DNA of 63,656 bases, filler included, from Chiloscyllium plagiosum (lineage: Eukaryota), in the NCBI RefSeq assembly GCF_004010195.1. It is 3 parts of one record of this genome, joined end to end, with 100 filler letters (N's around TTAATTAATTAA, not from the genome) between each part and the next. Parts side by side here need not be neighbours in the genome. Positions count along the whole stretch, not along the records: positions 40,973 to 63,656 come from NC_057714.1; 2 more parts are not named here. The stretch is one strand, 5' to 3'. Below are positions 46,900 to 59,169 of this stretch, in pieces (within the stretch, counting starts at the first letter, position 1; every line of letters starts with the position of its first letter). The notes beneath the pieces were generated by a model. That model was not told the DNA's origin, did not search any database, and saw only the letters and a program-made list of their open reading frames with translations. Made by a program: the position numbers and the translations under genes.

Positions 46900-48660
46900 A
46901 CTTTGTCAGGAGTTGCACTGACAAAGGTGAAAGCTGGGATTCTTCAGAGGTTGAACTGCCCGAGTAGATAATGTAGCTCGTTATATCTTGCTCACCTGCT
47001 GCATCTTTGATAAGACTTCTTGGAGAAAAAGAGAGGTTATAACAACGAAAATATGAAATCATTGTGGCTGGACGACAATATCTATAGCACGAAGTCCAAT
47101 TACTAGTACTGGGGTAGTAGCTAGAATGCAAAAAGCATTCTGGGAAGTATGGCCTGTTGTACACACCACAAAACTGTCCTACATTCCAAGATCTTTGCAA
47201 GTGATGCAATGCAAAAGGACACTGGTTCGCCTGTGCAAAATATCCTTGTTCCAAAGCTATTACCAAAGGCTACAACAGGGTACAATCATCTTCTGCCACT
47301 AACTACACCTTATGGCCAAATAAAATTGGTAAACACACACTCAAGGACAAAGTTAGCTCAGGGGCTAGTGCAATCATCCTGTCAATCAGAATTCTGCATT
47401 GTACTCATTATAACACTGAAGGAGATTACCTGAATCATTATACATCTATGATACAATGTACAACAGCAGAATTAGCTGCATAGAATGAGACACTCATGCT
47501 TTGCATTAGTACATTTACAATGAAATGCAGCAAGGCAATTCTGCATCACAGAGATGAGTGGACCAGCAATAACAGGATTATATTTGTGTCCCTCAACAAT
47601 GTGAACATTCACAAGATCTTCAAGATGCTGACTGCAGCAGAAGAGACCACAAGTCACCCAGTGCAGGACTTACTACACAGACTTGATGCCAAACTTCAAA
47701 CTTGATGCTATACCGACCCTCAGAGAAGATGCAATTCCAACAATCAATCCTCCCAGAAAGTGAAGTGTTCACATACAACAGAAGTTTAAGAGTGAGCTGG
47801 ACAAAATGGAACAGAACAGCATAAAGGTGCAGTTCGATTGTATGCATGCTGAAGGAAGATGGCACAATCATGGAATATTTGGGCCCAGAATACCCATCAT
47901 GAGCAGAGATTAGATTTCCAAAATACTGTAGGTAGTTTCAAATTGTACTTCCAAGCTCTGTTTTTAAAAGGCAATAGTCGAGAATATAAATCAGGTGGCT
48001 TTTTAGAGAGAGAGAAATCTGGAGAATGCCACACTTAAAGACGGAACAGGCAAGTCAAAAGAGACTGGACTATGATCTCTTGTGACTACAAAGACAATGA
48101 GGGGTGACACAGTCCTGATCAACAGCAAGTTACACCTTGCAACTAAAATCCCAAACTGCAGGTATATTTTGTTTTGCTTCCTTTTGAAGAAAATGCAAAG
48201 GCAGGATTAAAAAGCCAGTTGCCGGTTTACTGTAGGATGCTGATGGTATGGAATGTTTTCACATGTACTATACTTGGTTTGACCATTAGCATGCTGTGGA
48301 GTTCACAGTCAAAGATCTATCCCCTAGTTACCTCAGCCTCACAAACATCCTCACGAATTCCATCAGTCCTTTGGTACAAAATCGCAACAAATTTATTCAT
48401 CATACATGGTGTTAATTTTCTCCTAGTCACTGACTACTTTTCTAAACGTCCAAGTCGTAGCTAGTGGACACTTTCAAGCACATCTATACAGACACATGAA
48501 ATACAATATTCAGTAGACCTAAAAAGATTACATATGACAATGCACCATTGTGAAACAGGCAGACCTTTCAGAGACATGTATGCCAAGTAGGGTCTAAACA
48601 GCAAGAAAGTTCTATCACATCATTTTGCAAACAAGAGAAGAAACATGGCCACAGCCAGTC
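46900..48660 (+). mobile_element. Gypsy LTR-retrotransposon pol fossil
   Basis: TTPYGQIK (RT, TPxGRY-like) at ~47300; PSVLWYKIATNLFIIHGVNFLLVTDYFSKRP (integrase PxxPWxKIAxDLF...LVVDYFSK) at 48360-48450. Confidence 0.7.
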
Positions 48661-49013
48661 TCTCAAACCCACCTCTTTATCAACTTCTGTTCCATTCAGT
48701 TTCTCAAGTATCATCACTTCCAATTCTGGTTTACTAACACCTTAGAGAATGTCTTTTTGATAAGGGCAAGTGCAAAGTAATCTGCTTATTTTTCAACATC
48801 ATAGAATTCCCGATTTTTGTTGCCCTACAGTTTCCCCTCATATGCATGAACCATCACTTCCATGAAGATTGCCCATTGTTTGATTATATTTTTGCTTCCC
48901 AATCTTCGAATCGCTTTTACACAGGGCAAATACACTTTCAGTTCAATGAAATTAACCTTTCTCTAAGCAAGAATTTTTAATTTCGATCACTCTTGGCTTC
49001 TTGTAACCTAATT

Positions 49014-49330
49014 TAGATTAGATTAGATTACATTACAGTGTGGAAACAGGCCCTTCGGCCCAACAAGTCCACACCGACCCGCCGAAGCGCAACCCACCCA
49101 TATCCCTACATTTACCCCTTACCTAACACTACGGGCAATTTAGCATGGCCAATTCACCTAACCTGCACATCTTTGGACTGTGGGAGGAAACCGGAGCACC
49201 CGGAGGAAACCCACGCAGACACAGGGAGAACGTGCAAACTCCACACAGTCAGTCGCCTGAGGCGGGAATTGAACTCGGGTCTCTGGCGCTGTGAGGCAGC
49301 AGTGCTAACCACTGTGCCACCGTGCCGCCC
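49014..49330 (-). mobile_element. HE1 SINE, full length, young
   Basis: Minus GGGCGGCACGGTGGCACAGTGG A box, B-box-like GAGTTCAATTCC, CpGs retained, (agatt)n tail. Confidence 0.95.
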
Positions 49331-49741
49331 ACAATGTTATGATGATCACTGTTCCCTTTTTTTCCCTATAGACTCTTGACTCCCCACATTTCCTAAAACC
49401 TGAGCCAGAAATGTATCCCTCCCCATTGGACCAGAAACAAACTGATCAAGAAAATTTTCCAAAACACACCAGAAAATATTTTCTGTCTGTCTCTGTTTCT
49501 TCACATTGATCCTCTCAGTTGCTTCTCCAGCTCTGTCATGTTCTGGTCTACAGGGGGCTGTTGATGTCCTTAGCCGTTGGTTACCGAGAAGGACTCGAGG
49601 AGTTCAGTTCTTGCTTTATTCTCCCCCAATGTGTTCCCCCACTTTGTATAGAGCTGAGTATCCTGATCCTGAATGCCCCATAAATATTAAGTTTGAGGAG
49701 CTGAGCTTGGAGGCTGTAGTTCCACTTCTCTTTGTCATATA

Positions 49742-50160
49742 ATCATAGAGTCATAGAGACTCTATGAAACAGACCCTTCGGTCCAACTCGTCCATGCTGA
49801 CCAGATATCCCAATTCAATTTAGTCCCACTTGCCAGCATTTGGCCCATATCCCTCCAAACCCTTCCTATTCATATACCCACCCAAATGCCCTTTAAATAT
49901 TGCAATCGTACCAGCCTCCACCACTTCCTCTGGCAGCTCATTCCAAAAATGTACCACACTCTGTGTGAAAAAGTTGCCCCTTAGGTCTCTTTTATATTTT
50001 TTCTCTCTCACCCAAAACCTACACCCTCTAGTTCTGGACTCCCTCACCCCAGGAAAGAGACTTTGTCTATTTATTCTATCCATGCCCCTTCTGATTTTAT
50101 AAACCTCTATAAGGTCACCCCTCAGCCTCTGATGCTTCAGGGAAGACAGCCCCAGCCTTT
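49742..50160 (-). mobile_element. CR1 3' fragment
   Basis: FFTQSVVHFWNELPEEVVEAG; (tcatagag)n tail. Confidence 0.88.
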
Positions 50161-50294
50161 GCGTTCAGGATATCAAATAGTATGAGCGTAAATGATGTTA
50201 TTACACATGATTGAAACAGAAAGTATCAAGTGTGACAGTGATAAAAACGATAACAGCAGCAGAACTAAGCAACTGTTTAATATGCTTCTCGTTA

Positions 50295-50745
50295 GAATCA
50301 TTGAGGCATAGAGCACGCAAACAGACCCTTCAGCCCAACTCATCCATTCCCACTGTGTTTCTTAAACTGATCTAGTCAAATGCACTTGCATTTGGCTCAT
50401 ATCCCTCAAATTTTTTCCTATTCATGTATCTGTGCAAATATCTTTTAAATACTGTGATGGTACTCACCTATACCACTTCCTCTGCAAACTTTTTCCATGT
50501 ATGTACTACCTCTGTGTGAAAATGTTGCCCCTCAGGTTCATTAAATCATTCCCCTGACACCTTAGGTCTTACGCCCTAAAGTTTTGCATGGCCCTACCCT
50601 GGAGAAAAGACCTTGCTATTCACAAATCTTCCCCATCAAGATGTTATAAATACCGATAAGGAACCACGCAACCTCCGGCGCTCCAGGGAAAAAGACCCAG
50701 CCTCTCCTTATAACGCAGTCTCAGTAACATCCTGTAAATCTTGTT
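50295..50745 (-). mobile_element. Older CR1 3' fragment
   Basis: Degenerate copy of the preceding element. Confidence 0.7.
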
Positions 50746-50994
50746 GATCAGACCCAATCATTTGGGCTGCCAATGGAAGGTAATTTTACCATCGATAAGT
50801 TTTCTCTTCTTAGGTATTTAAGGCAAGGAACAATGCAGGTTTTCCTGAAGGAGCCACTTGGTGGCAGCATAATTCTGGATTTATCACACTCAAAGCAGAA
50901 GCTTTTGTTCATGTGCCTTTTCTCAGGATTAGTGTGCTTGAAAGCTTCTCAGGTATTCCAGGGGGGCTGCGAACCCTTGGAAGTTTTAATACCG

Positions 50995-51335
50995 CTTGGT
51001 CAAGTGGGACTTGAATCCAGGTCTCATGGCTGAGAGGCAGGGACACTACCACTGCATCACAAGCGTGCTATTCCCCTGCCATTCACTACACCTTAGGGTT
51101 TTTTAAATAAACCTGTTCAGAGATGTTGTTGTACACATCTGGAACAGGTGGGACTATGAGTCTGGGTCTCCCTGTTCAGAGATACGGACACTACCACTGT
51201 ATCAAATCAGCCTTCAACACTGCACCACAAACATTTCTTTCCTTCAACCTGATCAGAGACACACCACTGGAGCAAGTGGGACTTGAACCCAGGCCACCTG
51301 GCTCAGAGGTGAGGACACTACCACAGTGCCACTAG
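50995..51335 (-). repeat. Three tandem tRNA-derived (Pol III A/B box) units
   Basis: gtgggact(t/a)...ggacactaccac repeated at ~51005, ~51148 and ~51276. Confidence 0.7.
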
Positions 51336-51431
51336 CGAAATCACTTTGTGGGAGTCAGGTGCTCCCAGAGCAATTAATGTTAAGGCCAAACTTATGTTCG
51401 ATTGGGCACTTTCTTGTCTGAAAGAGCACAG

Positions 51432-51663
51432 GGAGAAAGTGAGGACTGCAAGTGCTGGAGATCAGTGTCAAGAGGGTGGTGCTGGAAAAGCACACCAGGC
51501 CAGGCAGCATCCAAAAAGCTGTAAAGTTGACGTTTTGGGCATAAGCTCTTCATCAGGAATGAGGCATCAATCCTGATGAAGAGCTTATGCCCGAAATGTC
51601 GATTCTCCCGCTCCTCGGATGCTACCTGACGTGCTGTGCTTTTCCAGCACCACCCTCTCAACA
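51432..51663. mobile_element. Palindromic PLE-terminus element with two opposed hammerhead cores
   Basis: Plus core 51573-51600 CTGATGAAGAGCTTATGCCCGAAATGTC; minus core 51529-51556 with GAAA decayed. Confidence 0.8.
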
Positions 51664-51761
51664 ATGAAAAAGCCAATGTACTCGTTGAAATGCAGAATCT
51701 GTGCAACACCATGATTTCCTATCTGAAATAACTTGTGAAATGAATATGTCCCGAAATATAA

Positions 51762-52106
51762 GGGGCAGCATGGTGGCTCAGTGGTTAGCACTGCTGCCTC
51801 ACAGCACCAGGAACGTGGGTTTAATTCCAGCCTTGGGCAACTGTCTGTGTGGAGTTTGCACATTCTCCCCATGTCTGCATGGATTTCCTCCGGGTGCTCC
51901 GGTTTCCTCCCACAATCCAAAAGATATGCAGGTTAGGTTAATTGGCCATGCTAAATTGCCCATTGTGTTCAGGGATGTATAGGTTAGGTGCATTATTTAG
52001 GGTAAATGTAGAGTAATATGGTTGGGGTCTGGGTGGATTACTGTTGGAGCATCAGTGTGGACTTGTTGGGCCAAATGGCCTGTTTCCACACTGCAGGGAG
52101 TCTATG
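51762..52106 (+). mobile_element. HE1 SINE
   Basis: A box tggctcagtgg, V core, CR1-like tail. Confidence 0.9.
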
Positions 52107-52206
52107 ATAAAAAAAAATCAATATTTAAGTAACATTTACATTCAGTTTGTTTTTGAGATTGAATAAGCTCCATCGGTGGCACAAGGAAAGCATGGGGAAG
52201 CAACAC

Positions 52207-52235
52207 TGAAGTGAAGTGAAGTGAAGTGAAGTGAA
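52207..52235. repeat. (TGAAG)n microsatellite
   Basis: About 6 units. Confidence 0.9.
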
Positions 52236-54679
52236 GGAGGGAAGGGGAGGCCATGATGTTAAGCAAGAAATGATAGAATTAACGGGAACAAGCCCAAAAT
52301 GGTCTTCAACTGAAATGACAGTAAGCAGGACAAAGCAAAATGAGAATAACTCATTCAAGAATGCTGACAATGGTTGGAAACCCTGATGTCTGCTCGAAAT
52401 GTTTATTATTCAGATGTTTTTGTAGTTGCCCATGTGAATCTGTACAGCCTAGTGTTAAAATGTTTGCACCTTGTGAGAAAATGCAGAAGATGGCAGCACA
52501 TTACAATCAAAACAAAAGTTGAACTCACTCGCCAAATGTTTCTGTGCAATATATACAGACACAAACATACATTATATATAAGATATGGATAAAATTTACA
52601 AATTTGTATACGGGCTAAACATATTTGGAATTTGTGCAGACAAGTCAATGAGCATGTGGGACCTTCTGTTCATTAACATTACTGTTTGGAATATTTTGTG
52701 GAGTTTGCTGGGGCCCCACCTTTGTGTGTACTGGCAGCGTGTTAGTTTGTATGACCTACACTGTATGGCCCATTGTGTGGAGTTCTCCTCTTATGGCCAG
52801 GGCTGATCTCTCTGCCCAGTTCTTTTCTCTGTGTTCCTGCAAAAGCTCTGTGCTCATGGAAAAGTAGCTTAAAATCTCTTCTCGTGATTGTTAATGAGTG
52901 CTGTGATCACCTACAGAATAACGTGATTTGCCATCAAGTACATTAATTGCTAAACATGAGTTATGGCTTGATGTGTAATAGCTAAATTCCTCTCAGGTTT
53001 AGCAGGTTTACTTGGGGGAATGCTATTGTCAAGGAGTCACAGCAGGTAAGTTACTTTGAGAGATAGGCATTAATTCTCTGTGCAGACAAGAGTTAGTGGT
53101 TTATTTCTAGTCCATTGGTAATTACAATATTATTTGGGTAAATCACTAAAAGTTACCAGTAATTCTGTTACTTATTCAGAAATCTCACAAACTATCAAGT
53201 ACTGAAACAATTATTTAAACCTTGTTGCATGCAGCAACCAAAATAATACCCCTCAGATCAGCAAGTTAAGTCTCACAATGCAGCTTGGCTAGTGGTCAAT
53301 TACTGGTGGAGTCTAGCCAGGATCCCAACCAAGTGTCTGTCTTCAGAAGTGTCCAGGGTTCCATCTTTGTGCAATGTTATTCTTTGAAGTTCTGCTGCTG
53401 AATAGTTCTGAAATGGATTCTTCTCCAATTTTCTCTCTTTCAAGTTGGCTGTGTGGCATTATTGATGATCCTTTGATTTCTTTTATCCCAACAATGATTA
53501 CACTTCTGGAGACCTCAAATCTGTCGCTCGCCTTCTGACCCAAAGTAGTGCCACATTCCTTGTGATATTCAGGGTTAGCTGTCTGTTTCAAACAGCTTTT
53601 CTTCAGGACTTTCCTGCTACAAGCTGTCTTAATTGCCCATTTGTCACAAGACAGCAGGTCAGCAAGCAGTGTGTCCTCCACTCTCCCAGGAAACAGATTG
53701 TTTTGGTTACTTTGACTCCTTCTTCTTTGACTCCTTCACTCCAAGTGAATGGGCATGTTGTTGTTAGTTCCTTTGTAACCATTTCTCCTTGTCCCATTCA
53801 GCTTGGGAAACTATTTATTCCAGAAAGAGCTATAGCTAATCCTTTCAAACCACTAAGTTATTAAAGTTCTGAAGTCTACGTTGTTGCAATATATTAAAGG
53901 ATAGATTTTACAAGTTATTGTTGCAGTTTCATGTTACATAGAATTACATAGAATATGTGGCAAAGAATCCGCACTTTTGACCCAGTTAATCCAAATCCAT
54001 GTTTATGTTCCATGTGACTTTTCAATCATTTCTCTTTATCAAGCCATACCAGTGTAACCTTCTACTTTTATCTCCCTTGTGTGTTTATTCAGGTTCCCTT
54101 TAATTGCATTTGTGCCATCTTATCAATTGCTCTTAGCAGACAGAAGTTCATCATTGCTACTATGTTTGAAATTCAGGTACAGAATTTATTCTGCCACATA
54201 TGTTTTTCCTTCCAATAATTAAAAATCTCCAACTAAATTAATCATTATTTTCAGTCACAGGAAATCCAACAGTTGGACAGAGCTTGTGAAATCCCCCATC
54301 CCCGATCCCTTCCAAATCCATGGATCTGCACCGTCAGCAAAAGCAACTGAAACATGAGGACCAGCTACTCTTGAAAAAGACAAAGGGCAGAGCAGGTGCC
54401 TAACAGCCTGAAAGTCTAGCTTCATTCCATGTTATTGCAGAAGCACTACTTCAGAGCCAAGTATGTCTTAAACCATTTGCTTAGACTATCCAAAAAGTGT
54501 CAGCATTATCAGCAGTCACAATATTACCTCGGAGCCAGTGTTTGTTCATATCCTCTTCTTCAGCATGAAACCAAGAGTGGGACCTCAGCGCAGCACTGAG
54601 GGATGGAGCGTTGTCTTTCGGATGACCCATTAGAGCAAGGTCTGCTTAATCACTACATTATACTTGATACTCCCGGTAG

Positions 54680-55460
54680 TGTCATAGAGTCAGAGAGATG
54701 TACAGCATGGAAACAGACCCTTCGGTCCAACCCGTCCATGCCAACCAGATATCCCAACCCAAGTGTCCTTCCAAATTTCCTTCTGTACATCCCCCCTATT
54801 TGAGAGTCTATGGAATATGTGATCACATCTGCTAAATAAATAATAAAAAACAGGAGCAGGAGTAGTCTATGTGGCCCATTGAGCCTATTCTGTTATTCAG
54901 TAGGATCACAGTTGATCTGATTGCAACCTTAACTCCATTTTCTTTGACTCCTTTGTCAAACAAATATCTGTCCAGCTCAACTTTGAATATATTCACTGAC
55001 CCAGCCTCCACTGCTCTCTGAATAAGAGAACTAAATAAGACTAACAATATGCTGAGGGCAGAAATTCCTCCTCCTCTCTGTATCAAATTTATTTTTAAAC
55101 TGTGTCCCCTGGCTATCCCTCACTATGGAAATATCCTCTCAGCATCCACTCTGTCAACTATCACTCCCCCTCCCCAACAGGATCTATAATGCTTCAATAA
55201 GATCACCACTTATTCTTTGAAACTTGAATAAAATAGAGGCTCAACCTTTCTTCATAGCATAAGCTCTTTGCTTTGTATCACTGCACTCTGCAGATTGTGT
55301 CTCCATTTAAACAATATGCTGCTTTTTTGTTTGGCTCTTCCAAAGTGAACCACTACAATATTTCCCCTATTATGTACTACCTGCTGTAATTTTGCCCATC
55401 CTTTTTATTTGTCCATATTCCCTTACAAACCCTTTGTAACCTCTTCACTACCCTCCTACA
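54680..55460 (-). mobile_element. CR1 3' fragments (short young piece 54680-54760; old piece 54830-55460)
   Basis: gtcatagagtcagagagatgtacagcatgg tail; AVEAGSVNIFKVELDRYL. Confidence 0.7.
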
Positions 55461-57142
55461 TATCTTTGTCAGTGATTTTTTAAAACTTTATTCTCTATTT
55501 TCCACCACCAGGAAGCCACCCACGTGGCTAGTGAAATATTAAAAAGCAAAGCCCGATAAGGGCAATGCTTATGTGGAAAAAGTGAAGGGGGAGGGTAGGG
55601 ACTAAATCAAAATACAATTGGAGGGGGGAATAAAGCTCTCCACCTGCCATGGTGCCGACCTCTCCCTAAAGGCATCGAGAGTGTTGGTGGACATCGTATG
55701 CTCACCCTCCAAGAACACCCAGGCTCAAACGTTACCGCGGAAGAGGGGGAGGTATTTGGCAGAGACGACCTCCTCCACAGCCCACTGCCTGGACTGTTCC
55801 TATCTGTGTATTGCCAGCAAATGGGACTGCAATATAACTGTCCACTTACCCCGCATCCCCCCCACCCACCCAACACATCATTCACATGGTCGTGAACATG
55901 CTATGTATACGTTTTTTACAATACACCAATTAGTTTTTTTTGTTTAACCATGGCATGACTATTTTACTACCAGTAAAGTGAAGAGGCAGGCCCGGAGTCT
56001 ATTACAGCTGGAATAGAGGTGAAAACACTGTATTTCTGTCATTAATCTGATCATTATTCAGACATTGATTGCTAATGATTTTATGGATGGGCAAAGCATT
56101 TTTAGATCCTGAAGGTAACTGGACAGCTAGACAAGATGACAGAAAAGGCACATAGGATACTTGCCTTAATTAATCAAAGCACTGAATATAAGAGCAGGAG
56201 TTAATGCTGGAACCCTGTAGCACACAGGTTAGGCTGGAATACCGTACACAGTTCTTTCCACTGCACTGTAGGAACTATGTGATCAGAGAGAGTACATGGA
56301 GATTTACAAGGATGGACAGCAGAATTTCAGTGAGGACGAAAGATTGGATAGGCTAGAATTGTTTTCTTTGAAACCTCACCCAACTGAGGGAGACATATAC
56401 AGTGGTGATGGAAGAGTCTACAATGTTGGCTGAAAGGTATGATTCATTGAGTATGACTCTGCCAGGTCTGACTGGTCTGGTTTGTGAGACCAGTCTTCCA
56501 ATTTAAGTACAAGTTCACTGATGCTCGGTGAGGAGGACTTTGCAAAGATAATTGGACCTTTGTTTTGTGTGTGTCTGTCACTGAGTGGCCCATAGAGTTT
56601 TATTCTTCTTTTACTTTTTAGAGAGGTTTAATATGAGCAATGGCTTGCGAAGCCACTTGAGAGGGCAGTTAAGAGGCAACAGCTTCACCGTGGGTCATTT
56701 ATCAAGGAACGGTTTATATACAGAGATGTTGCAAAGTATCACTTATTCCATCTTTGTGGAAGTTAGAAGTAATATTCAGTGAATATGACATTGCAAACAT
56801 TTCCAGGCATACTTGTGAGGTCACATGCAGACCTGAGTTTACTGAATGAAGCTGAGGTACTAATTTAGCAATGCATAAATGATGCTACCTAGCGAATTGC
56901 AGTTTGCAAATTTGACCAAAAAATGAAAATTCAGGAAGAATTTTGTGCAGGAGGACAGGTTCTGATTTTTTCTTCAAGAGGAGAGTGTACAGTGAGGTGA
57001 AAGTAGAACAAACGAGCTGTCAGTCTGCAGCCAGAGAAAGGAAACGGGAGCTCATTGTTGATGCATTTCAAGTTATTGGTATGTGTACATTTTAACTACT
57101 AATGGCCTAGTCTTTGGTCCACCATTTACCACAATACATTCG

Positions 57143-57686
57143 TGTGGTGTAAAATTATGTCCCAATACATGTGTGAATCATAATGTAACACATGTATTGG
57201 GCCAAGCAGTGGAATGTGGTGAAACGGTTAAAAAATTATGTCCCAATACATGTGTGAATCTAACCGGAATGGAGGTGTTGCTTAGTCCCGTGTGAATCTT
57301 ATTACACACCTCCCCGTGTGAATCTTCTTATCTGTATGTAACCAGAATGGAATGTGTTTTTTAGCCTTGCTCTGCTGTTCACATGAATGTTTATATCTGG
57401 AAAAGAGTATATCAGCTGGAAAAGTCTCCAGTTCGGGGAGTCTGCTCCGGGGTTACGTTTAACCGCCGAGCGTGGGTTGTTGGCAACCGCTCTACGAGAA
57501 CTGACGGCTCCCAGTTCCGGTAACATGTAGAGTGAGTATAAGCCAGACCCGTTGTAAGTATGAGACCTGGTTGTGGCGACGCTGCGGGGAATAAAATGCT
57601 CATATTCTAGCAGACTCGCCTCTTGGTCGTTTGTTCTGTGTCAGACTACTCTCCTACGAACCTGACCTTGAGAATTTTTTAAAACA
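57143..57686 (+). mobile_element. Solo LTR, 544 bp
   Basis: TG...CA termini, exact 5-bp TSD ATTCG (57138-57142, 57687-57691), TATAAG at ~57537, AATAAA at ~57590, U3 direct repeats. Confidence 0.9.
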
Positions 57687-57839
57687 ATTCGCAACAGGTT
57701 TTCTACTCAAACCACATTCTCATCGGCATCCTTTCTTCTTTGTTTGCATGAGTTGTAGACTTGAGCTTAGCAGATGTCTAACCATCCATTCCTTAACTTG
57801 GCTGGAAATGATCAAGCAGTGTTGGACCATACACTACCC

Positions 57840-58160
57840 TGCCAAAACCATTCACTATTGTCGGATAACTCTGTAGAGTGAAGATAAGCCTTCCTTTCTT
57901 CAACCTCTACTCTCTCCTTAAACTCCTCTCACCAGTCTTTCATCCTTCACCCCAAGCCATTGTTAGTTCTTGTTAGTTGCGAGCATTCAAATTGTCTGTT
58001 CTGCTGCCTTCCTTCATTGCTCACCAAGTCAAACCTGCTCCTGAGTTCCTTGTACTCAACTGAGCAACCTAACAAATTTTCCTCAAACAAAGAACCACTG
58101 AAAAAAAACTCCACAAATAACCTATTCTTAAAATTTTGTGCCATCCTCCTCCTAGCCTGA
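57840..58160 (+). mobile_element. L2 LINE internal fragment
   Basis: AKTIHYCRITL...LLKLL pyrimidine-rich segment resembling L2 ORF2 upstream of RT. Confidence 0.45.
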
Positions 58161-58590
58161 GAAAAATGCTTTGCCCATCCATAAGAATGACATCAATGAC
58201 ACTGCTCTGACTAAGGTTCAAAATGTCGATTCCTTCTCTGACTGGTGCATATCATTGGAAGCTTGGTTTGAGGTGTACAACATAATGTACCAATTCTTGG
58301 AAATGAAACCTGGGCCTTCACAAGCCATGTGACAGGCAGCAGGATGGCTTGTCCTACCCATTGACTGCTTTGCACCAAAAGTTACATTTCGTTTCTGCGG
58401 AGATGAATTTGCCCATACATCATCGCTCTTTCTGTTGCACTCTTTCTGACCTACAACGTCTCCAAAATGTGGATTCATACACGTTTCATGAGATGCACCA
58501 TCCACTATATCGGGTGAAGGGAAATAAGAAACACCCTTTCACCAGATTTAAGTACTTGCAGCAACTTTAGCTTTGCCCTAGATCACAGTG

Positions 58591-58801
58591 GAGGAGAAAG
58601 TGAGGTCTGCAGATGCTGGAGATCAGAGCTGGAAATGTGTTGCTGGAACAGCGCAACAGGTCAGGCAGCATCCAGGGAACAGGAGAATCGACATTTCGGG
58701 CATAAGCCTTTCCTGAAGAAGGGCTTATGCCCGAAATGTCGATTCTCCTGTTCCCTGGATGCTGCCTGACCTGCTGCGCTGTTCCAGCAACACATTTTCA
58801 G
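58591..58801. mobile_element. Palindromic PLE-terminus element
   Basis: Exact 14-bp TSD CCTAGATCACAGTG at 58577-58590 and 58802-58815; near-perfect inverted arms. Confidence 0.92.
58713..58740 (+). ncRNA. Minimal hammerhead ribozyme core
   Basis: CTGAAGA-A-GGGC(TTAT)GCCC-GAAA-TG-TC. Confidence 0.65.
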
Positions 58802-59169
58802 CCTAGATCACAGTGCCAGGTCTGACAGTACTTAGGGAAAACAACTGTGAAGGTTGCCTTCAGAAAAAAGGTAAGCACAAGCCAGCTCCAGATTCTGATA
58901 TTCCTAATGTCTGACAGCCAGTTCCCAGGCCCCTGATCCCACTCCACTACATCCATTCTACCCCCTCAAACCACAGCGATTCTAGACCACCTATCCCTGC
59001 TTTGACCCCTGATCCTGAGATCAAACACTAACTACCCAACCCTTGAAGACACTCTCCACCAATTCCAATGCTTCGGAAACCAGACAACCTGACCTAGCGA
59101 CTGAATTTGAAATACTTTCCTGAGTGATTACCAATCACAGTGACATCTCTAATCTAATTACATGCGAAG

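Noticed and set aside
53343..53864. Overlapping 100-112-aa ORFs
   Set aside because: No recognisable domain or splice signals; probably old repeat debris
57151..57325. Spaced direct repeats resembling a CRISPR array
   Set aside because: Eukaryotic context, irregular repeats, lie within the U3 of a TSD-bounded LTR
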